Shown here one piece after another: positions 27,075-36,693 of a stretch of DNA of 64,000 nt (the stretch's first letter is position 1; every line of letters begins with the position of its first letter). The position numbers were made by a program, and so were the translations under genes. Under the pieces are notes generated by a model that had not been told where the DNA came from, made no database searches, and worked only from the letters and a program-made list of their open reading frames with translations. Source of the stretch: a virus. Its lineage: Duplodnaviria > Caudoviricetes. Where the stretch lies: positions 33,105 to 97,104 of the IMG/VR virus record IMGVR_UViG_2802428829_000001. The stretch is one strand, 5' to 3'.

Positions 27075-27700
27075 GCGCCCCCACGTCCATCAGGCTCGAC
27101 CCCGCGCTACCCCCGTGGGACCAGCAGCCGAGCGAAACCGCCAAGAAGCACGGCCAATTCGTCACCTACCGGGACCTTGGGCGCGCCCGCACGCTACCCA
27201 GGGCTGCGGAACTGCTACAGCGGCATCCGGTGACGATCCGGAAGATCAGCGCCGAGTTCCGGTGGCTGGAGCGCGCCGAGGCGTACGACCGGCATCTGGA
27301 CCAGCTGTACGAGGTGATGTGGCTGGAGGAGCGCCGCAGGGCAGCCGAAGCCGACGCGAAGATCCTCGGCGCTGCCATCGGCAAGGTCGCGCAACGGCTG
27401 CCGTCGCTGAACGCTCAGGAGATGTCGGCCGGCGACGTGATCCGGCTGATGGACGTTGCCTTGCGGCACCGCCGGGCGCTGTTCGGCGACCCCACGGAGA
27501 CGATCGTCGTCACGAGCGAATCGCGGTCGCCGCTCGCCGGGAAGCTGGAGGAGTTCGCCGGGCTGCCCGCCGACCAGCGAAACGCCCGGCTGGCGGAGCT
27601 GGCCGCGACCGTCACCCGTCGCATACGGGCCGTCGAAGGCGGCGATGACGACGAGGAGGAATACCCCGGGCACGACGCCGAGGACGCCGAGAAGGAGTGA
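27071..27700 (+). CDS. terminase small subunit (putative)
   Basis: PWDQQPSET..F..YRDLG..R.L..W.ERAEAYD; precedes TerL. Confidence 0.75.
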   Translation: MSAPTSIRLDPALPPWDQQPSETAKKHGQFVTYRDLGRARTLPRAAELLQRHPVTIRKISAEFRWLERAEAYDRHLDQLYEVMWLEERRRAAEADAKILGAAIGKVAQRLPSLNAQEMSAGDVIRLMDVALRHRRALFGDPTETIVVTSESRSPLAGKLEEFAGLPADQRNARLAELAATVTRRIRAVEGGDDDEEEYPGHDAEDAEKE

Positions 27701-29271
27701 GCGCGCGCGCCGTTGCCGACGAGCTGGCCTACCTCGACGACGTCGCGGTGTACCAGCAGCTCACCGCCGCCGAGCAGGCCGTGAGCCGGGACCTGCTGCG
27801 CGACCCCGTTACGCTCGCCCGCGGCCTGGACGGCACGTTCCGGATGCGCCCGCACCTGCGGGTGATCGGCGACGCTCTGGCGGACGTTGAGCGCGGCGAG
27901 TACGACCGGCTGCTGATCCTCACCCCGCCCCAGGTGGGGAAGTCGACGACGGTCGCGGAATGGTTCCCGTTCTGGTGGTTGGCGCGGCACAACCGCGACC
28001 GGGTCGCGGTCACCTCGTACTCCGACGACCTCGCGTTGAAGCGCGGGAAAACGATCCGGTCGTACGTGGAGCAGCACGGCGCCGAGTACGAGCTGCTGAT
28101 GAAGGCCGGGTCCGGGGCGATGCAGGACTGGGAGATCACTCAGGGCGGCGGCGTGCGATCCGTGTCCGTCGGCAGAGGGCTGACCGGCCACTCCGTGAAC
28201 CTGCTGATCGTCGACGACCCGCACAAGGACCGAGCGGACGCCGAGTCCGAGGCCAGCCGCCGCGCCCTACACGACTGGTACAGCTCGACCGCGCTGAAGC
28301 GCCTCCAACCGGACCGCAACGCCGTCGTGAGCATCATGACCCGCTGGCACCCGGACGACTTCGCCGGGCGCCGCATCGCCGACGAAGGCCGCCTGGAAGA
28401 CGGCGGCCGGTGGCGGGTCATCCACCTGCCGGCGGTCGCCGACCCGAAGTTCGGGCCCGATCCCCTCGGCCGCGCCCCGGGCGAACCACTGCCGCATCCG
28501 AAGATCGCCACCCGGGACCGGCGGGCGCTCAAGGCATGGTGGGCGGACATGAAGCGCACGTCGATCGTTCGGGACTGGCACGCGCTCGCCCAGGGCGACC
28601 CGCAGCCGGCAGAGGGCGCGTTGGTGTCGGAGGAGCTGCTGCGGCTCATCCGGGACACGTCCACCCGGGTCGAGCCACAGAAGGTCGCTGTTGCCATCGA
28701 CCCGTCCGGCGGCGGCCGGGACACGGCGGGTGTCGTCGGCGGCTTCCTCGGCGAAGACGGCCGCGTGTGGGTCACCCACGACCGCTCCGGTGTGATGTCG
28801 TCGGCCGACTGGTCCACCGCCGCGTGCCGGCTCGCGCACGAAACCGAAGCGGCGATCGTCTACGTCGAGACGAACTACGGCGGCGACATGTGCTCCCTCG
28901 CCATCCGTACCTCGTGGGAAGCGCTGCAGGCGGCCGAGGAGATCCCGGCGAAGGCGCTGCCGCCGATGGTGCAGCCCGTCCGCGCGAAGCAGGGCAAGCT
29001 GTTGCGAGCCGAGCCTGTGGCGCAGCAGATGGTGCAGGACAAGGTCAGGTTGCGCGGCGTGTTCACCGACCTCGAACGGGAGTGGTCCACCTGGGCGTCC
29101 ACCGACCCGGACTCCCCGGGCCGGATCGACGCATCGACGATCCTCGTGTACGGCCTGATCCCCGAAGCGAACCAAGGGGCCGTTGTCCACGCGCCGCTGC
29201 CGCGGGCGCCGACGTCGGGCAGCGGGCAGAGAGCTTCGGCCGCTTCGGCGTACGGCCGCCGCATCACTTGA
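27697..29271 (+). CDS. terminase large subunit
   Basis: PPQVGKST Walker A, LLIVDDPHK Walker B, AIDPS, VETNYGG, SPGRIDA. Confidence 0.95.
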   Translation: MSARAVADELAYLDDVAVYQQLTAAEQAVSRDLLRDPVTLARGLDGTFRMRPHLRVIGDALADVERGEYDRLLILTPPQVGKSTTVAEWFPFWWLARHNRDRVAVTSYSDDLALKRGKTIRSYVEQHGAEYELLMKAGSGAMQDWEITQGGGVRSVSVGRGLTGHSVNLLIVDDPHKDRADAESEASRRALHDWYSSTALKRLQPDRNAVVSIMTRWHPDDFAGRRIADEGRLEDGGRWRVIHLPAVADPKFGPDPLGRAPGEPLPHPKIATRDRRALKAWWADMKRTSIVRDWHALAQGDPQPAEGALVSEELLRLIRDTSTRVEPQKVAVAIDPSGGGRDTAGVVGGFLGEDGRVWVTHDRSGVMSSADWSTAACRLAHETEAAIVYVETNYGGDMCSLAIRTSWEALQAAEEIPAKALPPMVQPVRAKQGKLLRAEPVAQQMVQDKVRLRGVFTDLEREWSTWASTDPDSPGRIDASTILVYGLIPEANQGAVVHAPLPRAPTSGSGQRASAASAYGRRIT

Positions 29272-29371
29272 CCTGCCTGGGTGCGCCCGGGTGCAGCGCA
29301 GCGCCCGCCTGGTGGGCCGTTGCTAAGATCGTCAAGTAGCCGTGCGGTCGTTGAGCGCGCGGCGCGCGACC

Positions 29372-29388
29372 GCTGGTGTTAGGCCGGG
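29372..29388 (+). promoter_or_regulatory. late-leader motif GCTGG-YNNK-RGGCCGRR
   Basis: GCTGGTGTTAGGCCGGG; one of eight copies in late-gene leaders. Confidence 0.7.
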
Positions 29389-29417
29389 TCCCCGCACACA
29401 CCCCTGCGGGAGTACCT

Positions 29418-29666
29418 GTGCCCTCCCCGTCGCCCCTCACCCCCCACGCCCGCCCCGAACGGGAACGCGCCCGCGCCCGCCTCGCGGGCCTCGTCCGCCA
29501 CCGGCCGCCGGACGACCCCGACATCGACCGGGCGCGCCGTGACCTCGCCGCCGCGCGCGTGCAGGGCCTCCTCCAGGCGGCGCTGGCTGAACTCGCCCTC
29601 GTCACCGGCACGCCTGGCGCCGGCGACGGCGACGCCGTCAAGGGGGCCGACCATGGGGCTCGTTGA
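29418..29666 (+). CDS. small hypothetical protein
   Basis: GGGAG RBS; RARLAGLVRHRPPDDPDIDRARRDL. Confidence 0.55.
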   Translation: MPSPSPLTPHARPERERARARLAGLVRHRPPDDPDIDRARRDLAAARVQGLLQAALAELALVTGTPGAGDGDAVKGADHGAR

Positions 29667-29991
29667 GGTCCTCGTCCTCGGTCTGGCCGCGTACCGCGGA
29701 ACCCAGCTCGCCGTGCATGACACCGTGCTCGACCCCGCACGGGACCGCGTGTTCGCCTGGCAGTCCCGCCGACCGGAGTCCCGCGTACGCCAGTGGATCA
29801 TCACGCTGATCTCGTGCACGTACTGCATGGGCTGGTGGGTCGCCGGCGCCGCCCTCGGCGTCTACGTCCTCGCCGACGACTGGCCCGGCATCCTGCACTT
29901 CGCTCTCGGCTGGTTCGCCGTGTCCGGCGTACAGGCGCTCCTCAACCGCTGGGACGACACCCGGCCCGGCGGCCCGGGAGCGCCGGAGTGA
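29653..29991 (+). CDS. DUF1360-like membrane protein
   Basis: LAAYRGTQLAVHD..LISCTYCMGWW. Confidence 0.8.
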   Translation: MGLVEVLVLGLAAYRGTQLAVHDTVLDPARDRVFAWQSRRPESRVRQWIITLISCTYCMGWWVAGAALGVYVLADDWPGILHFALGWFAVSGVQALLNRWDDTRPGGPGAPE

Positions 29992-31424
29992 CCCGGAAGC
30001 GGACGCTGACCGCCGCGGCCGCCCGATACACGGCCCGCCGCCTGCGCACCGCCCAACCCACCTCCGGCGGCTGGCAGGAGCAGGCATGGGGCTACTGGGA
30101 CACGGTGCCCGAGGTGCGGTTCGCCGGCACGTGGATCGCCAACGCGATGGGCCGCGCCCGGCTGTACGCCGCGTACCGCACCGACACCGGTGACCTCGAC
30201 GAGGCACCCGCGGACCACCCCGCGACCGAGCTGGTCAACGGGATCGCCGGCGGGCTGTCCGGGCAGGCGCAGCTCCTCACTGCGTTCGGCCCGCACCTCG
30301 TCGTCGCCGGGGAGGCGTGGGTCGTCGTTCGGCCCTACCCCGACGACGACCGATCCCCAGCCCCCGCGGACTGGCGCGTTCTGTCCACCCAGGAGGTACG
30401 CCAGCAGGGCAGCAAGATGGTCGTCGAGATCGACGGAGAGGACGTCGACGTCCCCGGCGCCGACGACGACAGCCCACTGGCCGCCGATGCCCCCGTCGCG
30501 ATGCGCGTGTGGCAGCCGCACCCGCGCCGCTACCTCGAAGCGGACAGCCCAGTCCGCTCGGCCATGCAGCTCCTTGAGGAACTGCAGCTCCTCAACGGCG
30601 CGGTGGGCGCGATCGCCCGCAGCCGGCTCACCGGCCGCGGCGTGCTGCTCGTCCCCAAGGGCGTGCGGTTCCCCACGAAGCCGGGCAGCGGCGACAGCGA
30701 AGACGACATCATCGACCTCTTCATGGAGGTCGCCGAAACCGCCTACCGCGAACCGGAGTCGGCCGCGGCGACGGTCCCGATCATCCTGGAAGTCCCCCCG
30801 GACTCGATCGACAAGATCCAGCGGGTGACCTTCGAATCGGACTTCGACCAGATCGCCATCCAACTCCGTGAAGAAGCCATCCGCCGCTTCGCGACCGGCC
30901 TGGAAGTCCCCGCCGAAACGCTCCTCGGCATGGGCAAGGTCAACCACTGGGGGCAGTGGGCGCTCCAGGAGGAGGCCATCCGCCTCGGAGTGCAGCCCCG
31001 CCTCGACACCGTCACCAGCGCTTTCACCGTCCAGTACATGCAGCCGCTCCTGGAGGCCGAAGGCGTCGACGATTGGCACCGCTGGGCCATCGCCGCCGAC
31101 ACCGCCCCCCTCCGCGTACGCGGCAACCGAGCCGAGACCGCCATCCGCGTCTACGAGGTCGGCGCGATTTCTGCGGCAGCGCTGCGCCGCGAGACCGGGT
31201 TCGATGAGACCGACGCCCCGACCCAGGAAGAACAGCAGCAACGCGAAGAGGATCCCGGCGAGCCCGTCGACGTTGACGGCGAACGCACCACCGGGCTGCC
31301 CGTCGACGAGACCCGGGCCGAGCCCACCGAACCCACCGCCGGCCAGAACTCCGAACCCCCGCGCACCGCCAGCGCCGCACCCACGCCCGAGCACGGGCCC
31401 TCTGTGGAGGAGGCATCCCGATGA
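29988..31424 (+). CDS. portal protein
   Basis: WQEQAWGYWDTVPEVRF..RSRLTGRGVLLVP..NHWGQW; located after TerL. Confidence 0.85.
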   Translation: MTRKRTLTAAAARYTARRLRTAQPTSGGWQEQAWGYWDTVPEVRFAGTWIANAMGRARLYAAYRTDTGDLDEAPADHPATELVNGIAGGLSGQAQLLTAFGPHLVVAGEAWVVVRPYPDDDRSPAPADWRVLSTQEVRQQGSKMVVEIDGEDVDVPGADDDSPLAADAPVAMRVWQPHPRRYLEADSPVRSAMQLLEELQLLNGAVGAIARSRLTGRGVLLVPKGVRFPTKPGSGDSEDDIIDLFMEVAETAYREPESAAATVPIILEVPPDSIDKIQRVTFESDFDQIAIQLREEAIRRFATGLEVPAETLLGMGKVNHWGQWALQEEAIRLGVQPRLDTVTSAFTVQYMQPLLEAEGVDDWHRWAIAADTAPLRVRGNRAETAIRVYEVGAISAAALRRETGFDETDAPTQEEQQQREEDPGEPVDVDGERTTGLPVDETRAEPTEPTAGQNSEPPRTASAAPTPEHGPSVEEASR

Positions 31425-31819
31425 CCACCACCGCCGCCACCGCTGCAGCAATCGACCCCGCCCGCGCCGCGCTCGTCGCCGCCGCGGACGGCGCGATCTG
31501 GGCCGCGCTCACTCAGGCCGGGATCAAGCTCCGCGGCACCGCCCTGTGCCCGCGCAGCCGCCGCGCGCAGGCACGCACCATCACCCCCGCTGTCCTCCAC
31601 ACCACGCTGCCGATGACTGCCGAGGCCATCGACCATTACAGCGTCCTGGCTGGCGCCTGGGACCGCATACCCGAGCTGGCCGCCCGCCACGGCGTGGACG
31701 CCGGCTGCCTCACCACCGCGCTGGACTCCTACTGCAGGGAGCTGCTGGCCGCCGGCCAGCCGCACGACGCCGCGTACGTGCCGGGCGTCATCGCCTCCTG
31801 CCGTACCCGGACCGCCTGA
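31421..31819 (+). CDS. hypothetical protein (portal C-terminal-like)
   Basis: 132 aa, coupled on both sides. Confidence 0.65.
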   Translation: MTTTAATAAAIDPARAALVAAADGAIWAALTQAGIKLRGTALCPRSRRAQARTITPAVLHTTLPMTAEAIDHYSVLAGAWDRIPELAARHGVDAGCLTTALDSYCRELLAAGQPHDAAYVPGVIASCRTRTA

Positions 31820-33294
31820 TGCCCACCTTGGAGGCCGCCGAGGAGGACGTCGCCGACGCCGTCGCCCGTGCGCTCGCCGACACCGCGGCGGAGTTCGGCC
31901 GTGCTCTCGACGGCGCCACCGAGCTGGTTGCCGCCCGCTTCTCGGTGGGCCGGATCGCCGGAATGTGGGCGCGCCGTGTGCCCGCCCTCGTCCGCCGCCT
32001 CCTCGGCGTCGCCGAGACCGCGGCGCAGCAGACCGCTTCGGATGTCGACGCCGAGTTGCCCGACGGCTGGACGGACCTCCCCGGCCGCCACGAGGACGGC
32101 CGCCGTCTGCCTGATGGTCTCGGTCAGTACGTCGAGTCAACCGAGGCTCTGCTGCGCGCTGTCGGTGATCGCCTCGCTCAGGTCGCTGTCCGTGAGCTTG
32201 CCGCTGGCGTCGACCAGGGCGAGACCGTCGACCAGCTCCGCGACCGCCTCGCCGCCGCGTTCGCCGCCGACGAGGACGGCTCTCAGCTTGGCCCCGGCCG
32301 TGCCCACCGCATCGCCCAGACCGAGGCGACACGGGCGTGGAACATGGCCACGCTCGCTGCGGCCCGCGCACTGACGAGCCGGGGCCGGCCGTTGGTCAAG
32401 CAGTGGATCAGCCGCGGAGACGAGCGGGTGCGTCCTGCACACCGGCAGGCCAACGGGCAGCTCCGCTTCATCAGCGAGCCGTTCAGCGTCGCCGACGTGT
32501 CCCTGGATGTCCCTGGCGACCCCAGTGCACCCCCTGCGCTCACCATCGGCTGCCGGTGCCGTGTTGCTGTCGCACCCTCTCTGAATTCCGCAGCCGGCGA
32601 CGTGAATTCGCCACGCTACGCCATGAGACCCGGGAAAATATTCGTGAATCCGAAGACCACAGCGTACGGTAAATATGCGGGAGCCAAAGCGGCCTTTCAC
32701 GGAACGCAAGGGCGTCCCAGCTATCGCAAATACCATCCCAAGGGCGGAAACAGAGGCATCTCCCGCCACGAGAACGGCGGAATGATCGGAAGTGATCGCT
32801 TCACCGCAGAGGAGCACTCTGCGGTGCTGGAAAGCTACACCGTCAACGGCTACAACGACATGAACAACTGGCTTCGCTTCCGCAGTGACCCTGAGGACTC
32901 CTCCAGCGAGGAAGTGCAACGTCAGGTATCGGCCCTCAACGACCTCATCTCCATCCAGGAACCCACGACTTCCGAGGAGACCCTGTTCCGAGGTATGCGT
33001 GGACACGTCCTCGACTTCGAAGTGGGTGACGAGTTCCACGACAGAGGATTCGTCTCCACAAGCACTGAAGAGAGAGTCGGTCGGATGATGGTCGGTAAGA
33101 GAGGCGGCACCTTCTTCCGGATCAATCTTCCCGCGGGCGCTCAGAGAGTTGATGTGGATTCCCTGGGTGGGTGGGACCGCGAAGGCGAATGGATCCTTCC
33201 GCCAGGCACCAAGTATCGCGTCACGAAGAAAGGGCAACTGGACGACCCGACCCGGCCGGCCGTCCTTTACGAGGTGGAGGTCATCAATGCCTGA
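31819..33294 (+). CDS. MuF minor head protein fused to a VIP2/C3-type ADP-ribosyltransferase
   Basis: IAQTEA..KQWISRGDERVRPAH..GCRC (MuF); YT..Y..MN..LR, LFRG, FVSTS, EGEWILP (R-S-E ART). Confidence 0.85.
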   Translation: MPTLEAAEEDVADAVARALADTAAEFGRALDGATELVAARFSVGRIAGMWARRVPALVRRLLGVAETAAQQTASDVDAELPDGWTDLPGRHEDGRRLPDGLGQYVESTEALLRAVGDRLAQVAVRELAAGVDQGETVDQLRDRLAAAFAADEDGSQLGPGRAHRIAQTEATRAWNMATLAAARALTSRGRPLVKQWISRGDERVRPAHRQANGQLRFISEPFSVADVSLDVPGDPSAPPALTIGCRCRVAVAPSLNSAAGDVNSPRYAMRPGKIFVNPKTTAYGKYAGAKAAFHGTQGRPSYRKYHPKGGNRGISRHENGGMIGSDRFTAEEHSAVLESYTVNGYNDMNNWLRFRSDPEDSSSEEVQRQVSALNDLISIQEPTTSEETLFRGMRGHVLDFEVGDEFHDRGFVSTSTEERVGRMMVGKRGGTFFRINLPAGAQRVDVDSLGGWDREGEWILPPGTKYRVTKKGQLDDPTRPAVLYEVEVINA

Positions 33295-36200
33295 GAGTAG
33301 TCTCGACGAACGCCTGAACTGGCTGCCCGACGACATCGTGATCGACCGGCGAGCCCAGCCTCAGGAAAGTTCTTCCTCAGCCACGGCTTCGACCCACACC
33401 ACGGCCAGCGACATACCCACCGGCGCGATGATCGCCCTGATGCCGGCCGCCGAGGACGCCGAACGCCTCGCCCTGGACGCGCCCGGCGCCGAGCCTCCGG
33501 CCGAGCTGCACCTGACGCTGTTCTTCCTGGGCCAGGCCGCCGACTGGGACGAGGAGCACCGCGCCGACCTGGTCCAGCGGCTCACCGACAGGGCTCAGGA
33601 CCTGCTGCCCCTGGCCGGGCAGGTGTTCGGCGCGAACCAGTGGAACGCGAACGGCGAGGAGCCGTGCTGGGTATGGTCCGTCGGCGATGACCGCGAACGC
33701 CCCCTGGACGCGCCGACGCTGGAAACTGCCCGCTGGGCAGCCACCTACGCGCTGGAGGACATGCACCGGCAGCCGCAGTTGCCGGCCCAGCATTCGCCGT
33801 GGCAGCCGCACGTGTGCGCCGCGTACTCCCGGAGCCCGGCGCTGCTCACGATGATGAACGAACGCCTGGGCGCTGTCCGGTTCGACCGGCTGCGCGTCGC
33901 GTTCGCGGGTGAGCACATCGACATTCCGTTGGGGCCGCCGACGCCGCAGGACGCCATGGGCAACGACGAGCACGACCAGGCGCAGGGCCTCACGGCGCGC
34001 CGGTGGTCCACGCCCGGCGACACCGCCTTGGCGTTCGAGAACGAGCAGACCGGCGACGGCCGCGTGTTCCGTGCTGGTGCGCTCTACTGGGACGGCGGCC
34101 CGTGGCCGCTGCAGTACGCCGACGAGATGCTCATGGGCCACCAGGGTGCCGAGCTGGCGGGGGCCATCGAGGTGCTGGAGCGAGACGCCTACCGCCTCGC
34201 CTCCAACGGCGTCCTCTATCCCGGGCGCCCCGCCGGCGCCGACGCGCTGATGCTGCTGGAGGAAGGCGCGCCGCTCGGCGTGAGTGTCGACCTGGACGAC
34301 GTCACCGTGGAGTTCGTCGACGCCAACGGTCAGACGGTTGCCGAGCCCGACGACGAGGTGGTGCTGCTCGCCGCGGCGCTGCCGTCCGCGTCGGTCCTTC
34401 GCCTCGACGACGGATCGTGGGCCGTCACCGCCGCGGCGACCGAGGCGTGGACCGCCTCCGGGCAGGTTATGTCCCGCACCGCGGCCGGTTCGCAGCTCAT
34501 CACCGGGCCCGACGGGCGCATCCCCGCCGCCGCCGTACGGGCCGCGTTCGGCTCGACCGGCACCCTCACCGCGGGGGCCGGCGACCCGGACCCGGAGGAC
34601 GGCATCGTGCTGCACTCCGAATCGGCCGGCGACCTCCTGATGCGCATCACGCGCGCCCGGGTCCGCGGCGCCACCCTCGTTGCCATGCCCGCGTACGCGA
34701 GCGCCCGCATCGTCCTCGACGACCTGCCCCAGGCCGGTGAGGAAACCGCGCCAGCGGCGACGGCCGCGGCGGGCCCGACCGACGCGCACCTGCGGGTCGT
34801 GGACTACGTCCGGACGTCCCCCGTACCCATCGGCGCCCGGGACGTCGCCCGAGCCCTCGACATCACGATGGTGTCCGCCCGCGGCCACCTGGCGCGCGCC
34901 GCCACCGCCGGCCGCCTCGTCCGCCTCGCCCGCGGCCTGTATGTCGGCGCGCCCACCCTGCCCGAGGGCGGCGACGTGACCGCGGCCGTGTCCGGGGACG
35001 TCGACCTGCCCGTCCATGCGGACCGCGACGCCGAGTGGGACGGTGACGCTGCCGCGTCCCGTGTCCGGGACTGGGCCACCGGCGACGACGGCCAGGTCGA
35101 CGCCGAGCGCCTCGCCCGCGCCTTCCTCTGGCGGGACGACGACGCCGACCCCGCGACACTGGCCGCGTACAAGCTGGGGTTCGCCGACGTCGTCGACAAC
35201 GAGCTGCAGGTGATCGCCGGCGGGGTGTATGCCGTCGGCGCGGCGCTGCAGGGAGCCCGCGGCGGCGTCAACCTCCCCGACGACGTGCAAGGCGACATCC
35301 GCGACCGCGCCGAGGACCTCTACGAGCGCCTCGCCGACACGTACGACGACCCGTCCATCACGGCCCCGTGGGAACGCCCCGATGACGATGACGACGACGG
35401 GGGGATGGAGGCCATCCTCGCCGCGTCCGCCTGGACCGCCATGCGGGACGTCGACCCGCTGCCCGCCGCCTGGTTCCGAGAGCCGACCCAGACGGAGCTG
35501 CCGCCCGGGTCGGGCGGCGTGCACTACGCCCGCGGCCGGATCTACGGATGGGTCGCCCAGGCCGGCGAGCCGCACGCCGGCCACCCGGGGAAGAACCTCA
35601 CCATCGAGAGCCTCGGCGAGCTGGACCTCACGCACTTCCTCCGCGCCCGTTTCGCCCTCGACGACGGCACACAGGTGCGTGCCGGTGCCATGACGATGAA
35701 CGCGCCCCATCACCGGGACGGCGCCGAATGCGAGTCCGCAAGCTGCCAGTTCGATGACACCCGCACCGTCGCGGGCGTGGTCACCGTCGGCATGAACGAG
35801 CGGGGCCTGTGGTTCTCCGGCGCTGCCGCTCCCTGGCTGTCCGAATGGGACCGCGCGGTGTTCCAGGCGTGCCAGCCGAGCTACCACATGAAGCGCGGCC
35901 CGGCAGGGCGCTGGCAGCTACGCGCCGTCCTGTCCGTGCCCGTCCCCGGGCACTCCTCCCCGCTCGTCGCCACCGCCGTGGAACGCTCGAACCTCGCGCT
36001 CGCCGCCTCCGCCGCCGTGCACGAGCAGCAGCCCGACAGCGACGACGCTGACCCGCTGCGAGCCGAGATCGACGACCTGCGGCGCCGAGTCGACGTCGAC
36101 GGCGACGTGCCGGACCCGGTCGACGTGTCGACGGCGGCGGTGGTGGTCCCGGACAGCCCTGCCGCCCTCTACCCCACGCCGCCGACACCGCCGACGCTCG

Positions 36201-36397
36201 ACCCTGCGTTCGTCGACGCTGTTGCCGCTGCGGTCACCGCCCGCCTCAACCTCCCGGCACCGCCCGCCACCGCATCGCGGACCGAGGAGGAGCCGCCGGC
36301 CGGCGACCAGCGGGCGGAGATCGCTCGCCTGGAGGCCATCGTCGCCTCCGCCGCCCCAACCGCCCCCAGCACACCGAGCACTGAGGAGGCTCCCTGA
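33287..36397 (+). CDS. multidomain capsid maturation protease: 2H phosphoesterase, protease, wHTH and scaffold-like regions
   Basis: HLTL/HVCA 2H motifs; TGDGRVF, GHQGA, GVSVDLDD, GATLVAMPAY protease; GRLVRLARGLY wHTH. Confidence 0.8.
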   Translation: MPESSLDERLNWLPDDIVIDRRAQPQESSSSATASTHTTASDIPTGAMIALMPAAEDAERLALDAPGAEPPAELHLTLFFLGQAADWDEEHRADLVQRLTDRAQDLLPLAGQVFGANQWNANGEEPCWVWSVGDDRERPLDAPTLETARWAATYALEDMHRQPQLPAQHSPWQPHVCAAYSRSPALLTMMNERLGAVRFDRLRVAFAGEHIDIPLGPPTPQDAMGNDEHDQAQGLTARRWSTPGDTALAFENEQTGDGRVFRAGALYWDGGPWPLQYADEMLMGHQGAELAGAIEVLERDAYRLASNGVLYPGRPAGADALMLLEEGAPLGVSVDLDDVTVEFVDANGQTVAEPDDEVVLLAAALPSASVLRLDDGSWAVTAAATEAWTASGQVMSRTAAGSQLITGPDGRIPAAAVRAAFGSTGTLTAGAGDPDPEDGIVLHSESAGDLLMRITRARVRGATLVAMPAYASARIVLDDLPQAGEETAPAATAAAGPTDAHLRVVDYVRTSPVPIGARDVARALDITMVSARGHLARAATAGRLVRLARGLYVGAPTLPEGGDVTAAVSGDVDLPVHADRDAEWDGDAAASRVRDWATGDDGQVDAERLARAFLWRDDDADPATLAAYKLGFADVVDNELQVIAGGVYAVGAALQGARGGVNLPDDVQGDIRDRAEDLYERLADTYDDPSITAPWERPDDDDDDGGMEAILAASAWTAMRDVDPLPAAWFREPTQTELPPGSGGVHYARGRIYGWVAQAGEPHAGHPGKNLTIESLGELDLTHFLRARFALDDGTQVRAGAMTMNAPHHRDGAECESASCQFDDTRTVAGVVTVGMNERGLWFSGAAAPWLSEWDRAVFQACQPSYHMKRGPAGRWQLRAVLSVPVPGHSSPLVATAVERSNLALAASAAVHEQQPDSDDADPLRAEIDDLRRRVDVDGDVPDPVDVSTAAVVVPDSPAALYPTPPTPPTLDPAFVDAVAAAVTARLNLPAPPATASRTEEEPPAGDQRAEIARLEAIVASAAPTAPSTPSTEEAP

Positions 36398-36582
36398 TGG
36401 CCTGCGCCTGCAACAAGGGCAAGAAGAAGCAGTACGAAGTCACGCACAAAGGCAAGGTGGTGTTCACGACCCCCAGCCGCCCCACGGCCGACGCCGTATC
36501 GAAGCGATACGTCGGCTCCGTCGTCCGCGAGAAGTCCAACACCCCCGCCACGAGGTCTGCAGCGCCCGCGGTGACGAAGTAA
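36397..36582 (+). CDS. small basic protein (MACACNK...)
   Basis: GAGGAGG RBS, 61 aa. Confidence 0.7.
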   Translation: MACACNKGKKKQYEVTHKGKVVFTTPSRPTADAVSKRYVGSVVREKSNTPATRSAAPAVTK

Positions 36583-36650
36583 CTCAACGCCGCCCGCCCG
36601 GTGCTCGCCGGGCGGGCCGCTAAGCTACTGATCACACCTGAATACGCACT

Positions 36651-36667
36651 GCTGGTTTTGGGCCGGG
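36651..36667 (+). promoter_or_regulatory. late-leader motif
   Basis: GCTGGTTTTGGGCCGGG upstream of the major capsid gene. Confidence 0.7.
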
Positions 36668-36693
36668 TTCTCCTGAGAAGCACGGAGACCCCC

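Noticed and set aside
27697-29271. Intein or intron in the terminase
   Set aside because: Normal length (524 aa) with contiguous motifs and no splicing signatures.
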